From: an uncultured archaeon
GTDB lineage: Archaea > Asgardarchaeota > Lokiarchaeia > Sigyniarchaeales > SOKP01
Direction: 5' to 3'
NCBI GenBank assembly: GCA_964447495.1
Contig: CAYUTF010000031.1
Location: forward strand, 2,397 to 31,692
Length of the DNA: 29,296 bases
In this document: in pieces, positions 18,059 to 26,498 of the stretch
How the letters are laid out: each line of letters starts with the position of its first letter
Numbering within the stretch: position 1 is the first letter of the stretch
Made by a program: the position numbers and the translations under genes
The notes under the pieces: model-generated
The model's database searches: none
Seen by the model: only the letters and a program-made list of their open reading frames with translations
What the model was told of the DNA's origin: nothing

Positions 18059-18526
18059 ATGATTGAAAAAAACAACGAGGAATCCCAAAAAAATAAAATA
18101 TCAAATGGGTTAATCATAACTAAAGAACATCTAAAGTCTACCATTTTTCCCGAGGAAGTTCAGAACGAAATTAATGATTCACCTTATTATTTATTGATTT
18201 TTATCTCGCGAGAAGATGTTATCAAAATTTTTTGCTTTCCTACAGAAAATAAAGTGATAAAAAAGATTCTTATAAAACTACAGGAATTTTCACCAGAAGT
18301 AGTAAAGGGAATTTCAGAAATTTTAAACAATCTTCAATTAAATAAAGATATTCTCCATACAACAGGAATTTGTTATGAATTAGAAAAATGCTTCTATGAA
18401 ACATATTTAATAGGAGAGGCTCTTCAACAAGGAAAAGTAAGCGTCTCCTTAATTACTGAGAAATTTATGTCACTTGCACGAGTAAATAATGTTACAATAG
18501 AAGATATCCCGATGATTAATGAATAG
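18059..18526 (+). CDS. Hypothetical protein, possible C-terminal ACT-like fold
   Basis: ORF track starts at TTG 18041; ATG 18059 preferred. Pattern KILIKL..SPEVVKGISEIL..ILHTTGIC..CFYETY. Confidence 0.65.
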   Translation: MIEKNNEESQKNKISNGLIITKEHLKSTIFPEEVQNEINDSPYYLLIFISREDVIKIFCFPTENKVIKKILIKLQEFSPEVVKGISEILNNLQLNKDILHTTGICYELEKCFYETYLIGEALQQGKVSVSLITEKFMSLARVNNVTIEDIPMINE

Positions 18527-18592
18527 CTTCAATTTTTTTAAAATTTTACCCTCGTATTTGAGGCTTTTAACTACATCTTAATACTGATTAAT

Positions 18593-18799
18593 ATGGATAA
18601 TAAAAATATTCCCCCACCACCAAGCCTTCCCCCTACATATGAAATCTCCAAAGATTTTTGTCTGTTTCATAAAGGTAAAATTCATGGAGAAATATATACA
18701 TGCCCTCGATGTAATGCGCAGTATTGTTTAAATTGTGCAATTAACGCCAAAAACGAGGGAAAATTCTGTGTTAAATGTAAACAACTGATAGACATCTAA
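18593..18799 (+). CDS. Small RING-like zinc-finger protein with Pro-rich N-terminus
   Basis: C-x2-H-x10-C-x2-C-x4-C-x2-C-x10-C-x2-C (8 ligands), preceded by PPPPSLPPTY. Confidence 0.75.
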   Translation: MDNKNIPPPPSLPPTYEISKDFCLFHKGKIHGEIYTCPRCNAQYCLNCAINAKNEGKFCVKCKQLIDI

Positions 18800-18817
18800 A
18801 TTTTTCATTAATGAGCT

Positions 18818-19207
18818 TTATACTTGTTCCTTTTTGATAGAACTTAAAGAACGCCACGCCTTCCAAAAAATTAACCATAGAATTATAAAAATAAACAGCG
18901 TCGTCACAAAGGTATAGCCACCAATAAATAGATCAATTATTACCATAAAAGGAATACCAGATAATGAGAAACCAGTGAGATATCCATATCCCCAATATCG
19001 ATTTTTCAAAGCAAGGATTATTCCAGGAATCATTGTTGTCAAGATAATTGAGAGATATGCTACCACTTCAATATAATAAGGTGCGTTGAAGATGATCAAC
19101 ATATTTCCCCAAGATGCGAAGAAACCAATAACTAGAAAAAGTATTGTCCCTATATCTACCTTTAATTCTGGTTCTTCTTTTCCTACTATATGATTTGAAG
19201 AAGTCAT
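18818..19207 (-). CDS. Hypothetical membrane protein (about 4 TM segments)
   Basis: Hydrophobic segments; ATG 19207 (MTSSNH) preferred over GTG 19318. Confidence 0.72.
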   Translation of the reverse strand: MTSSNHIVGKEEPELKVDIGTILFLVIGFFASWGNMLIIFNAPYYIEVVAYLSIILTTMIPGIILALKNRYWGYGYLTGFSLSGIPFMVIIDLFIGGYTFVTTLFIFIILWLIFWKAWRSLSSIKKEQV

Positions 19208-19423
19208 CCCTGTTATCTCAATTGTATATATTCTACTTTTTGTCTTTGTAAATGCTTCATATTTAATAAAAGAAATCTTCCTATCACCATTGGGTGAATG
19301 AATATTCTTTTCGAACACTATCTATAATGAAATTCTTCTCTTACAAAATTGACTAAGGATTCATTTTTAAGACAATTATTTTAAATAGGTCAAAACATAT
19401 ATAATTAATAAGATAGAAATTTA

Positions 19424-19456
19424 ACCACAAAATGAATGATCATTCAATATTGTGGT
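19424..19456. promoter_or_regulatory. Palindromic operator or 5' hairpin just downstream of a TATA-like box
   Basis: ACCACAA-AA-TGAATGATCATTCA-ATA-TTGTGGT, with a perfect 14-bp core at 19433-19446; TATATAA at 19398-19404 is preceded by an A-rich BRE-like stretch. Confidence 0.6.
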
Positions 19457-19536
19457 ACAAACAAAATATATCATCTAAATAAAAAAGAAATAAAACAACC
19501 AAATAAAATAGGGAAAATGACATCAAATTCTAATCA

Positions 19537-19657
19537 AGACTCCTGCTACCGCCCTGGATTTTTGTCTTTTGGTAGTGTGTCTTAACACACTCTGATTTCG
19601 CCCTCCTCCCCCTATTTTATTTCTGACCTTGTATTGAGGTCTTGGTGGCAGGAGTCT
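19537..19657 (+). ncRNA. Putative structured RNA element of unknown family
   Basis: 14-bp closing stem AGACTCCTGCTACC/GGTGGCAGGAGTCT; hairpins AGTGTGT-CTTA-ACACACT and GACCTT-GTATT-GAGGTC; C-rich unpaired loop. The non-Watson-Crick positions are G-U on the + strand. GC-rich island in AT-rich intergenic DNA. Confidence 0.6.
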
Positions 19658-19914
19658 CCCTTTCAAAACCCTTATCCTCTTATAGAAGTTTATAGATTCT
19701 GCTACTGTTTCGTTTAAGAAAAAAATTTTATGTCCTCAAAACTTCTTAATGATCTAATCAATAGATTTACCTGATAATGCCAGAATCAATTTAAATAAAG
19801 GTTAAATTAGAGAATAATACCTATCGAATTTAAGCAAATAAAATTAAGTAGAGAATTATAAATTTAAGATAAATAATCATTAATTATTATAAAAAAAAGT
19901 AATTTAAGGAAAAA

Positions 19915-20865
19915 ATGATGAAAACTTCAACATTTACTTTTAAAGATCAAGATGGTATTGAAATTTTTGTATATAAATGGGAACCAGATACATCTCCGAA
20001 AGCTATTGTGCAATTTGTACATGGATTAGCAGAACATGCAAAAAGATATGAAGGTATCGCAGAGGCTTTATGTAAAGAAGGATTTCTTTGTTATGCACAA
20101 GATGCCCGCGGCCATGGTTTAACTGCTGGTGATTTAACCGAAGCAACTTTAGAGGGGCATGCAGGAGTTTTAGGACCCAATGGATGGAACGGTGTAGTTA
20201 ATGATATTCATGAATTATCTAACTTAATCAAGAAGGAATATCCTACTCTTCCTCTATTTATGATAGGTCATTCTTGGGGCGCAATGTTATTACAAGATTA
20301 TATTCAAGAATGGGGAAATGAAATAAAGGGATGCATTCTTAGTGGAACTAATGGTAAAGTAAGAGCTCTAGTGCTAAAAGCGGGTAAAGTAATAATTAAA
20401 GGAGAAATCAAAAAGCTAGGACCTACCGCTCCAAGTGTGAAGATGCATGAGATGAATTTCGCTTCACATAATCACGATTGGCAGAATGATGAAGGAGCCA
20501 CAGGGTTCGAATGGCTCAGTAGAGATAAATCTGAAGTACAAAAGTATGTAGATGATCCATGGTGTGGATTTATCAGTCCAGCTCCTCTATGGCTAGAATT
20601 TATAAAGGGGATGGAAAAAATTTATGAAAAGAAAAATGAGGAGAAAGTGCCCAAAGAACTACCAATCTATTTCATTGCGGGAACATTAGACCCCGTTGGG
20701 AATAAAACAAAAGGCGTCTCTGCAATGATTAATCGATTTGAAAAATACGGAATAAAAGATATATCATATAAATTCTATGAAAATGCTCATCATGAAATTT
20801 TTAACGAAATTAACCGCGATGAAGTTTTTAGAGATGTGATAAGCTGGTTAAACTCTCATTTATAA
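19915..20865 (+). CDS. Lysophospholipase / monoacylglycerol lipase-like alpha/beta hydrolase
   Basis: HGLAEH, DARGHG, GHSWG, WLSRD..V..Y..DP.CGF, AHHEIFNE. Confidence 0.9.
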   Translation: MMKTSTFTFKDQDGIEIFVYKWEPDTSPKAIVQFVHGLAEHAKRYEGIAEALCKEGFLCYAQDARGHGLTAGDLTEATLEGHAGVLGPNGWNGVVNDIHELSNLIKKEYPTLPLFMIGHSWGAMLLQDYIQEWGNEIKGCILSGTNGKVRALVLKAGKVIIKGEIKKLGPTAPSVKMHEMNFASHNHDWQNDEGATGFEWLSRDKSEVQKYVDDPWCGFISPAPLWLEFIKGMEKIYEKKNEEKVPKELPIYFIAGTLDPVGNKTKGVSAMINRFEKYGIKDISYKFYENAHHEIFNEINRDEVFRDVISWLNSHL

Positions 20866-21225
20866 CCTGAGTTTTTATGTTTTCTTTTTTTATTATTTTG
20901 AAAATACTAATTTTATTCAATTTTCTATTCTTTGCTGGGTTCATAATTAAGATAACCTAAGTTTCGTATTTTACTAATACGATTTTTAACTCCAAAATAT
21001 ATATGAATTTTGACTCTTTATATAGACTTGCGCATCTATATGCGCCTTTCGATGCTATTAAGTAATGTGCTTTTATTCATTATTAAAAATAGCGCTGATT
21101 TTTAATAATTTTAATAATACTTATCCGATTATGAAACCTACTAAAAAGCTTAAATTAAAAGCTTAACTAACCTTTTAATTAAATAACTATTTTATTAAAA
21201 AAGAAAAACGTGAGTATTGATATAA

Positions 21226-22926
21226 ATGACTGAAGAGATTATAAGGCGCACCACAAGCATATGTCCTGAGTGCCTTCAAACGATACCCGCTGAAATCTAC
21301 GTTGATCCCGCAACTAATTTTGTTATGATGCGTAAAAACTGTAAAGAACATGGTGACTTCAAAGATAAAATTTCGATTGATCCTGAAGAATATAAGTGGA
21401 GTCAAACTTTCACAGATGAGATTGGTTCGACAATAAATAACTCTACAAAACCTGAAAGTGTCTCATCAGGAATTAAAGAAATTAAAAATGGTTGTCCCTA
21501 CGACTGCGGTCTGTGCGATAACCATAAAAGTGCCCCAAATATTTGTTTAATTGATATCACCAACCGGTGTAATCTCACGTGCCCAATCTGCTTTGCTAAT
21601 GCAAGTGCTAAAGGGTATGTGGTAGAACCGACTTTTGATCAACTAGTTCAGATCATGGAACATTTCCGATCAATGAAACCCGTTGCTGCTGTTATGCTTC
21701 AAATATCTGGAGGAGAACCTACGGTACGAGATGATCTTCCTGAAATCATCCGTAAAGGGAAAGAATTAGGGTTTACCGAAGTAATGGTAACCACCAATGG
21801 CGTTCGATTCGCAAAATCGATAGATTTTATGAAAAAATGTAAAGATGCTGGGATGGATGCCATTTATCTGCAATTTGACGCCACTGATAACCCAGAAGTG
21901 TGGAAAAAGATTCGAGGCGTCAATTTATGGCCCTTAAAACAAAGAGTCATCGAAAATGCTAGAAAAATTGGTTTCTTTGGCCTCATGTTAGTACCTGTCA
22001 TTGCGAAAGGCGTAAATGATAATGAAGTCGGCAACATCTTGGATTATGCAAAAGATAACTGGGATGTAGTCTCAGGCGTAGTTTTTCAGCCAGTATCTTT
22101 ATGCGGACGTATCAGCTTCGAAGAATTAATGGATTTACGATATACAACTTCGGACCTTAAAGTTGCAATCAACAAGCACACTAACAATGCTATTGAAAAA
22201 TTCTACCCGATTGCGACCACTGCTAAAATGACTCGCCTTCTGGCTTGGTTTGATGATATGCCCGAATTCGGGATGACAAGCCATAAAGATTGCGGGTTTG
22301 CTACGATTATTGTTGTCAATGAAAAAGATGAGTGGGAACCTATTGAAAAATATTTCGATGCTGAGGGCTTGGTTCGATGGTCGAATAAAGTTTATGATAT
22401 GGTTCAGGATAGAGAAATTCCGAAACCAACTGGATTCTTGAAAGGAGTGAACTTAGAAGACTTTGGTGGTGTTGCGTCAACAGTAGGTAAATTTATTGAT
22501 GACATGACCAGCCTTGGTTATCGCCAGATGATGAAAGCCTACTATTTCGCTGGAGCTACACGCTACATCAAACATCCTGAAAAAATCCTCACTAGTAAAA
22601 CACTTCAAGGTTTTGCGCGACTGGTAGCCTCACCGAACTTAGCATCTGCCGCAAATTTTCTGCACAGTAAGAATTTGATGATCTCAGCGATGCATTTCCA
22701 GGACGCATACAATTTCGACCTTGATAGGGTATGTCGCTGCCTTGTGCATTACGGAGTAATCGATCCAGATGATAAAGCTAAAGTTTTAGAAGTGCCCTTT
22801 TGTGCCATGAATACTATACACAGGGAGCGTTTAGAGCTAGCTAACGCAATCAAGGGTGCTGAAGCAAAGAAACCCGAGGTTATCCAATCAGAAATAAAAG
22901 AACTTTTAGAAACTGTAAAAGATTAA
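21226..22926 (+). CDS. tes: Tetraether lipid synthase (GDGT macrocyclase, MJ0619-like radical SAM enzyme)
   Basis: N-terminal rubredoxin-like SICPEC..CKEHG, CPYDCGLCDNH, radical SAM TNRCNLTCPICFANA, SGGEPT, C-terminal MHFQDAYNFDLDRVCRCLVHY..PFCAMN. Confidence 0.85.
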   Translation: MTEEIIRRTTSICPECLQTIPAEIYVDPATNFVMMRKNCKEHGDFKDKISIDPEEYKWSQTFTDEIGSTINNSTKPESVSSGIKEIKNGCPYDCGLCDNHKSAPNICLIDITNRCNLTCPICFANASAKGYVVEPTFDQLVQIMEHFRSMKPVAAVMLQISGGEPTVRDDLPEIIRKGKELGFTEVMVTTNGVRFAKSIDFMKKCKDAGMDAIYLQFDATDNPEVWKKIRGVNLWPLKQRVIENARKIGFFGLMLVPVIAKGVNDNEVGNILDYAKDNWDVVSGVVFQPVSLCGRISFEELMDLRYTTSDLKVAINKHTNNAIEKFYPIATTAKMTRLLAWFDDMPEFGMTSHKDCGFATIIVVNEKDEWEPIEKYFDAEGLVRWSNKVYDMVQDREIPKPTGFLKGVNLEDFGGVASTVGKFIDDMTSLGYRQMMKAYYFAGATRYIKHPEKILTSKTLQGFARLVASPNLASAANFLHSKNLMISAMHFQDAYNFDLDRVCRCLVHYGVIDPDDKAKVLEVPFCAMNTIHRERLELANAIKGAEAKKPEVIQSEIKELLETVKD

Positions 22927-23210
22927 GCAAAATCAAACTATAATTTTTATACTATATTTAATCAAACTTTTTCTTCATTATTTACAAGTTGAAATTACTT
23001 TTTTTAGTCAGTACCATTCTGTTTAGGAGTATTTGAGTTTGTTGAAAAAAGTGCAAGTCATATTCTTAGGATCAGATACAGATTATGTATAACCGCTTTA
23101 CTCACAGTTTATTGAAAAATAAAACCTTAAATGGTTTCAATATTCTACAATTATAGAGAACAAGAAAAAAAGAGCATTAGACATTTTAGACGAAACAGCA
23201 TCGTAAAAGC

Positions 23211-23798
23211 ATGTTTGATAATACGGATATTATAGGAGATTATAAGGGGACGGTTAAAAATAAAGTGATAACCGCACTTTTGCAATCCTACTTAGATACT
23301 CTCGATTACGATGGAATGAAATCGATCCTTAGAGAAGCAGAATTATTAGAATTAAAGGATATGCGAGATGTGGACCCAAACGGGTATATTGATTTTTTTT
23401 CGTTTAAGAAACTTATATCTGCTCAGAATTGTCTGCTCTATGATTCAAATGATCTCTTGCACGAGATTGGGAGGAAATTTGCCTTTTATCTCTTTCCTTT
23501 TGGTAAAAATTTTGGAGAAATCATCAGTGAAATTAATGAACTCATTAATACTGACTGGAAAGTATCAATTATAAAACAAGAGGATTATTCAGTAATTATT
23601 AGAGTGAATAAATGTGTTTTTTGTTCTGAAATTGGAGTATCATGTGATTTATTTAAAGGGTTTCTTATTAATTCCTTAGAAAAGACGTTACCGACAGATT
23701 TTCAAGTGATACAAGTAAGTACAAAGGAAAACGTGAGTGATCCTAACCATAATTCATTTATTTTGAAATTAACGATAGAAAAAACATTTAAAACCTAA
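23211..23798 (+). CDS. V4R / HNOB / Bet3-fold protein
   Basis: Helical N-terminus (GMKSILREAEL), LHEIGRKF, IIRVNKCVFC and SCDLFKGFL, typical of V4R domains. Confidence 0.7.
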   Translation: MFDNTDIIGDYKGTVKNKVITALLQSYLDTLDYDGMKSILREAELLELKDMRDVDPNGYIDFFSFKKLISAQNCLLYDSNDLLHEIGRKFAFYLFPFGKNFGEIISEINELINTDWKVSIIKQEDYSVIIRVNKCVFCSEIGVSCDLFKGFLINSLEKTLPTDFQVIQVSTKENVSDPNHNSFILKLTIEKTFKT

Positions 23799-23900
23799 AG
23801 CAACGAAAAATAAATAGTAACAAAAATCAAAAAAGAGTTATATAGATCTTAAGTAAATATAAATTTGCATAAAAATTATTGATGGAATAATTGAAGGGAA

Positions 23901-24452
23901 ATGTGTGCCGAAGAAGCAAAGGAATATGTGTTTAAAGTGACGATATTAGGAGATGCAGCAGTCGGTAAAACCTCTCTAATCAATCAGTTTGTGGAAGGTG
24001 CTTTTGAAGAGGATTATAAACCTACACTTGGAGCGAATATTATCCGAAAAGACGTAATCCTCGAAAAATTTAATGCAAAAATTAGATTAATTATGTGGGA
24101 TCTTGCCGGTCAAGAAAAGTATAATGTTATTAGATCTATGTATTTTCAGGGATGTGTAGGTGCACTTGTTGTTTATGATATTACCAGACATAGTACCTTT
24201 GATAATGTAGATTCGAAATGGCTTAAGGATTTTAAAAATTACGTAAAAAAAGAAGGAGCATATATATTGATCGGTAATAAAAGCGATTTAACTGATCAGC
24301 GGGCGGTCTTAACGGAAGAGGGGAAGAAGTTGGCAGAAGAAATACAAGCGAGTGATTTCATTGAGACGAGTGCGAAATTTGGTGAGAATGTGGAGATGGC
24401 ATTTAAAAACTTAGTTTATCAAATATTACGTAATTATGGAGAAAATGTGTAA
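23901..24452 (+). CDS. Rab-like small GTPase (Ras superfamily)
   Basis: G1 GDAAVGKTS, G2 PTLG, G3 WDLAGQE, G4 GNKSD, G5 ETSAK; no C-terminal prenylation Cys. Confidence 0.95.
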   Translation: MCAEEAKEYVFKVTILGDAAVGKTSLINQFVEGAFEEDYKPTLGANIIRKDVILEKFNAKIRLIMWDLAGQEKYNVIRSMYFQGCVGALVVYDITRHSTFDNVDSKWLKDFKNYVKKEGAYILIGNKSDLTDQRAVLTEEGKKLAEEIQASDFIETSAKFGENVEMAFKNLVYQILRNYGENV

Positions 24453-24551
24453 AACTACTGATTCTAAATTTAAAAAGACTCCATGACTTCATATAAAGTA
24501 GTTTGCAGTAAAAATCAAATCTTTTAAATAGAATTGAATAGTGCATAATTT

Positions 24552-25703
24552 ATGAAAGAATTATCTCAAAAAGTAGCTCAAGCACCAAAATCTAAGATTC
24601 GTGAGTTATTTGATCTCGCAGCGGGTCGGGAGGATGTAATAAGTTTAGGGATCGGACAACCTGACTTTAAAACCCCAAAACCGGCAATCGAGGGTAATAT
24701 TAGCGCATTAAAGAAAAATATAACATACTATGCTCCAACTCGGGGTATTCCTGCGTTATTGGAGCAATTAGAAAAAAAAGTAAAGGAATTCAACAACATT
24801 AATGTTCATTGGAAAGAGAATATCATCGTTACTAATGGTGGCTCTCAAGCACTTTCTCTCACATTTGCTTCGATTTTTAACCCTGGGGATGAGCTAATAA
24901 TGTCCTCTCCTAACTTCATCTCTTATTTCTATTTAGCAGTATTTTTTGGTGTAAAACTCGTAGAAATTCAAAGGAAGGAAGATTTTAGCTTAAATCTTGG
25001 AGCAATTAAACAAGCAGTTAATCCTAAAACTAAAGCGATTTTAATAAATACGCCAAATAATCCTACGGGATATGTTATAAGTTCCAATGAATTAAATGAA
25101 CTCGTTGAAATTATAAAAGAAAATGATTTATATTTGATTTCAGATGAAGTATATGAAAATTATCTATACGATGGATTAAAACATATTAGTCCTGCATCTC
25201 TTGACGGGATGTTTGAAAGAACTATTACTTTAAATGCTATGTCAAAGTTATTCTCCGCTACAGGTTTCAGATTAGGTTACGTAATCGCCCGAAAGGAAGT
25301 TATTGATTTAATGGAAAAATATCATCAGTATACTGCTGCAGGAACGAATCATCCTGCTCAATATGGCTTTCTTGAGGCCTTAAAGATGGATAGAGCTTTT
25401 TTTATAGACATTCTAAAGAGTTTTGACAAGAGACGCTTGTTTGTCTTTACTAGATTAAAAGAAATGGGATTCGAGGTGGTGAAACCAAAAGGAGCATTTT
25501 ATATAATGCCTTCTGTCAGGAATTTTAATATAGATGGAGAACTATTTTCTAAAAATCTCATGAAGGATTATGCAATTGCTCTAGTCCCAGGTAAAACATT
25601 TGGTTCCTACTCAAATGATATGGTAAGAATTTCTTATGCAACTGAATTAAGTAAACTTGAAGAAGCTATGAATAGGATTGAAACATTCGTAAATGATTTA
25701 TAA
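24552..25703 (+). CDS. PLP-dependent class I/II aminotransferase (aspartate aminotransferase-like)
   Basis: ISLGIGQPDF, NTPNNPTG, SDEVY, MSKLFSATGFRLGY (PLP lysine), VRISYA. Confidence 0.95.
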   Translation: MKELSQKVAQAPKSKIRELFDLAAGREDVISLGIGQPDFKTPKPAIEGNISALKKNITYYAPTRGIPALLEQLEKKVKEFNNINVHWKENIIVTNGGSQALSLTFASIFNPGDELIMSSPNFISYFYLAVFFGVKLVEIQRKEDFSLNLGAIKQAVNPKTKAILINTPNNPTGYVISSNELNELVEIIKENDLYLISDEVYENYLYDGLKHISPASLDGMFERTITLNAMSKLFSATGFRLGYVIARKEVIDLMEKYHQYTAAGTNHPAQYGFLEALKMDRAFFIDILKSFDKRRLFVFTRLKEMGFEVVKPKGAFYIMPSVRNFNIDGELFSKNLMKDYAIALVPGKTFGSYSNDMVRISYATELSKLEEAMNRIETFVNDL

Positions 25704-25784
25704 AAATTTTAAATCTAATTAAATGTTTAAGCTTTTGAAAAAAATTAAAATAAAAAAAAAGATCAATTAAAGCTCCTAAAAATC

Positions 25785-26315
25785 CTACCTATTTTCTTCT
25801 TTTTCATGATGGAGCATTAAAACAATTCCTAAAACTAGCATAGCAGAATCATCATCTAAATCAGGTATCATCTTGATTCCATAGGTCCCTTTAAGAATAC
25901 TTTTGAAGAATTTTTTATGAATCTCAGCAATAACCTTATTATCTTTTAGAATGTTGAATTTTAAGGTAAAAATATTTCCCTTCATAGTAAAGACTTTATT
26001 TTCATTTGGGTCTTCAAACCAATACTTAGGTTTGACAGAGACTATTTTACGTTTCAGTTTTCCAATATATTTATCTTCGTCTTGTTCCCCGCCTTTATAG
26101 AATGTATAAGCAGAACGCATGGAGATTACTTTTTCATGAACTGTTAACACTGGATTGTCTTCAAGATCACGTATCCTGTAAGTATTTCCTATTTTAATTA
26201 GCTTTCCTCCAAATGTACCAATAACTTCTTTGTTTGTATTCATTATTGTTCCTTTGTCAGTTAACGAGATCATTTTTTCTTGAAGTATAAATTCTCTAGT
26301 TTTTTGTAATGACAA
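25785..26315 (-). CDS. LURP-one / scramblase / Tubby C-terminal-like protein
   Basis: Repeated beta-strand pattern (LQEKMISLTD, IGKLKRKI, MKGNIF, IAEIHKK, TYGI) ending in a hydrophobic helix (AMLVLGIVLML); TTG start. Confidence 0.8.
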   Translation of the reverse strand: MSLQKTREFILQEKMISLTDKGTIMNTNKEVIGTFGGKLIKIGNTYRIRDLEDNPVLTVHEKVISMRSAYTFYKGGEQDEDKYIGKLKRKIVSVKPKYWFEDPNENKVFTMKGNIFTLKFNILKDNKVIAEIHKKFFKSILKGTYGIKMIPDLDDDSAMLVLGIVLMLHHEKEENR

Positions 26316-26498
26316 TTTTCATATCCTCATTCTGTTTTTTATTTTTATACCTAGAAGTTTCTAAATTACTTTGTTCAAACTAAGTATCGGGTTTATACTT
26401 AAATATTTATTGCAACTTGAGAGCAATGATAAATAAATTAAAATAGGTGATAAAATATTGAGAAAATAGAAAGCTATTAATTATAATAATAATATTAA

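Noticed and set aside
19557-19564. Sm-site-like GAUUUUUG inside the structured element
   Set aside because: Too common in AT-rich DNA to count as evidence, and it can be paired in a weak hairpin.
19537-19657. 5S rRNA or tRNA, suggested by the 121-nt length and paired ends
   Set aside because: No 5S loop C (CCGAAC) or loop E motifs, no T-loop GTTCRA, and the wrong arm geometry on either strand.
19537-19657. MITE with 14-bp terminal inverted repeats
   Set aside because: No flanking target-site duplication; strand-specific G-U pairs and internal hairpins favour an RNA. Not fully excluded without a copy-number search.
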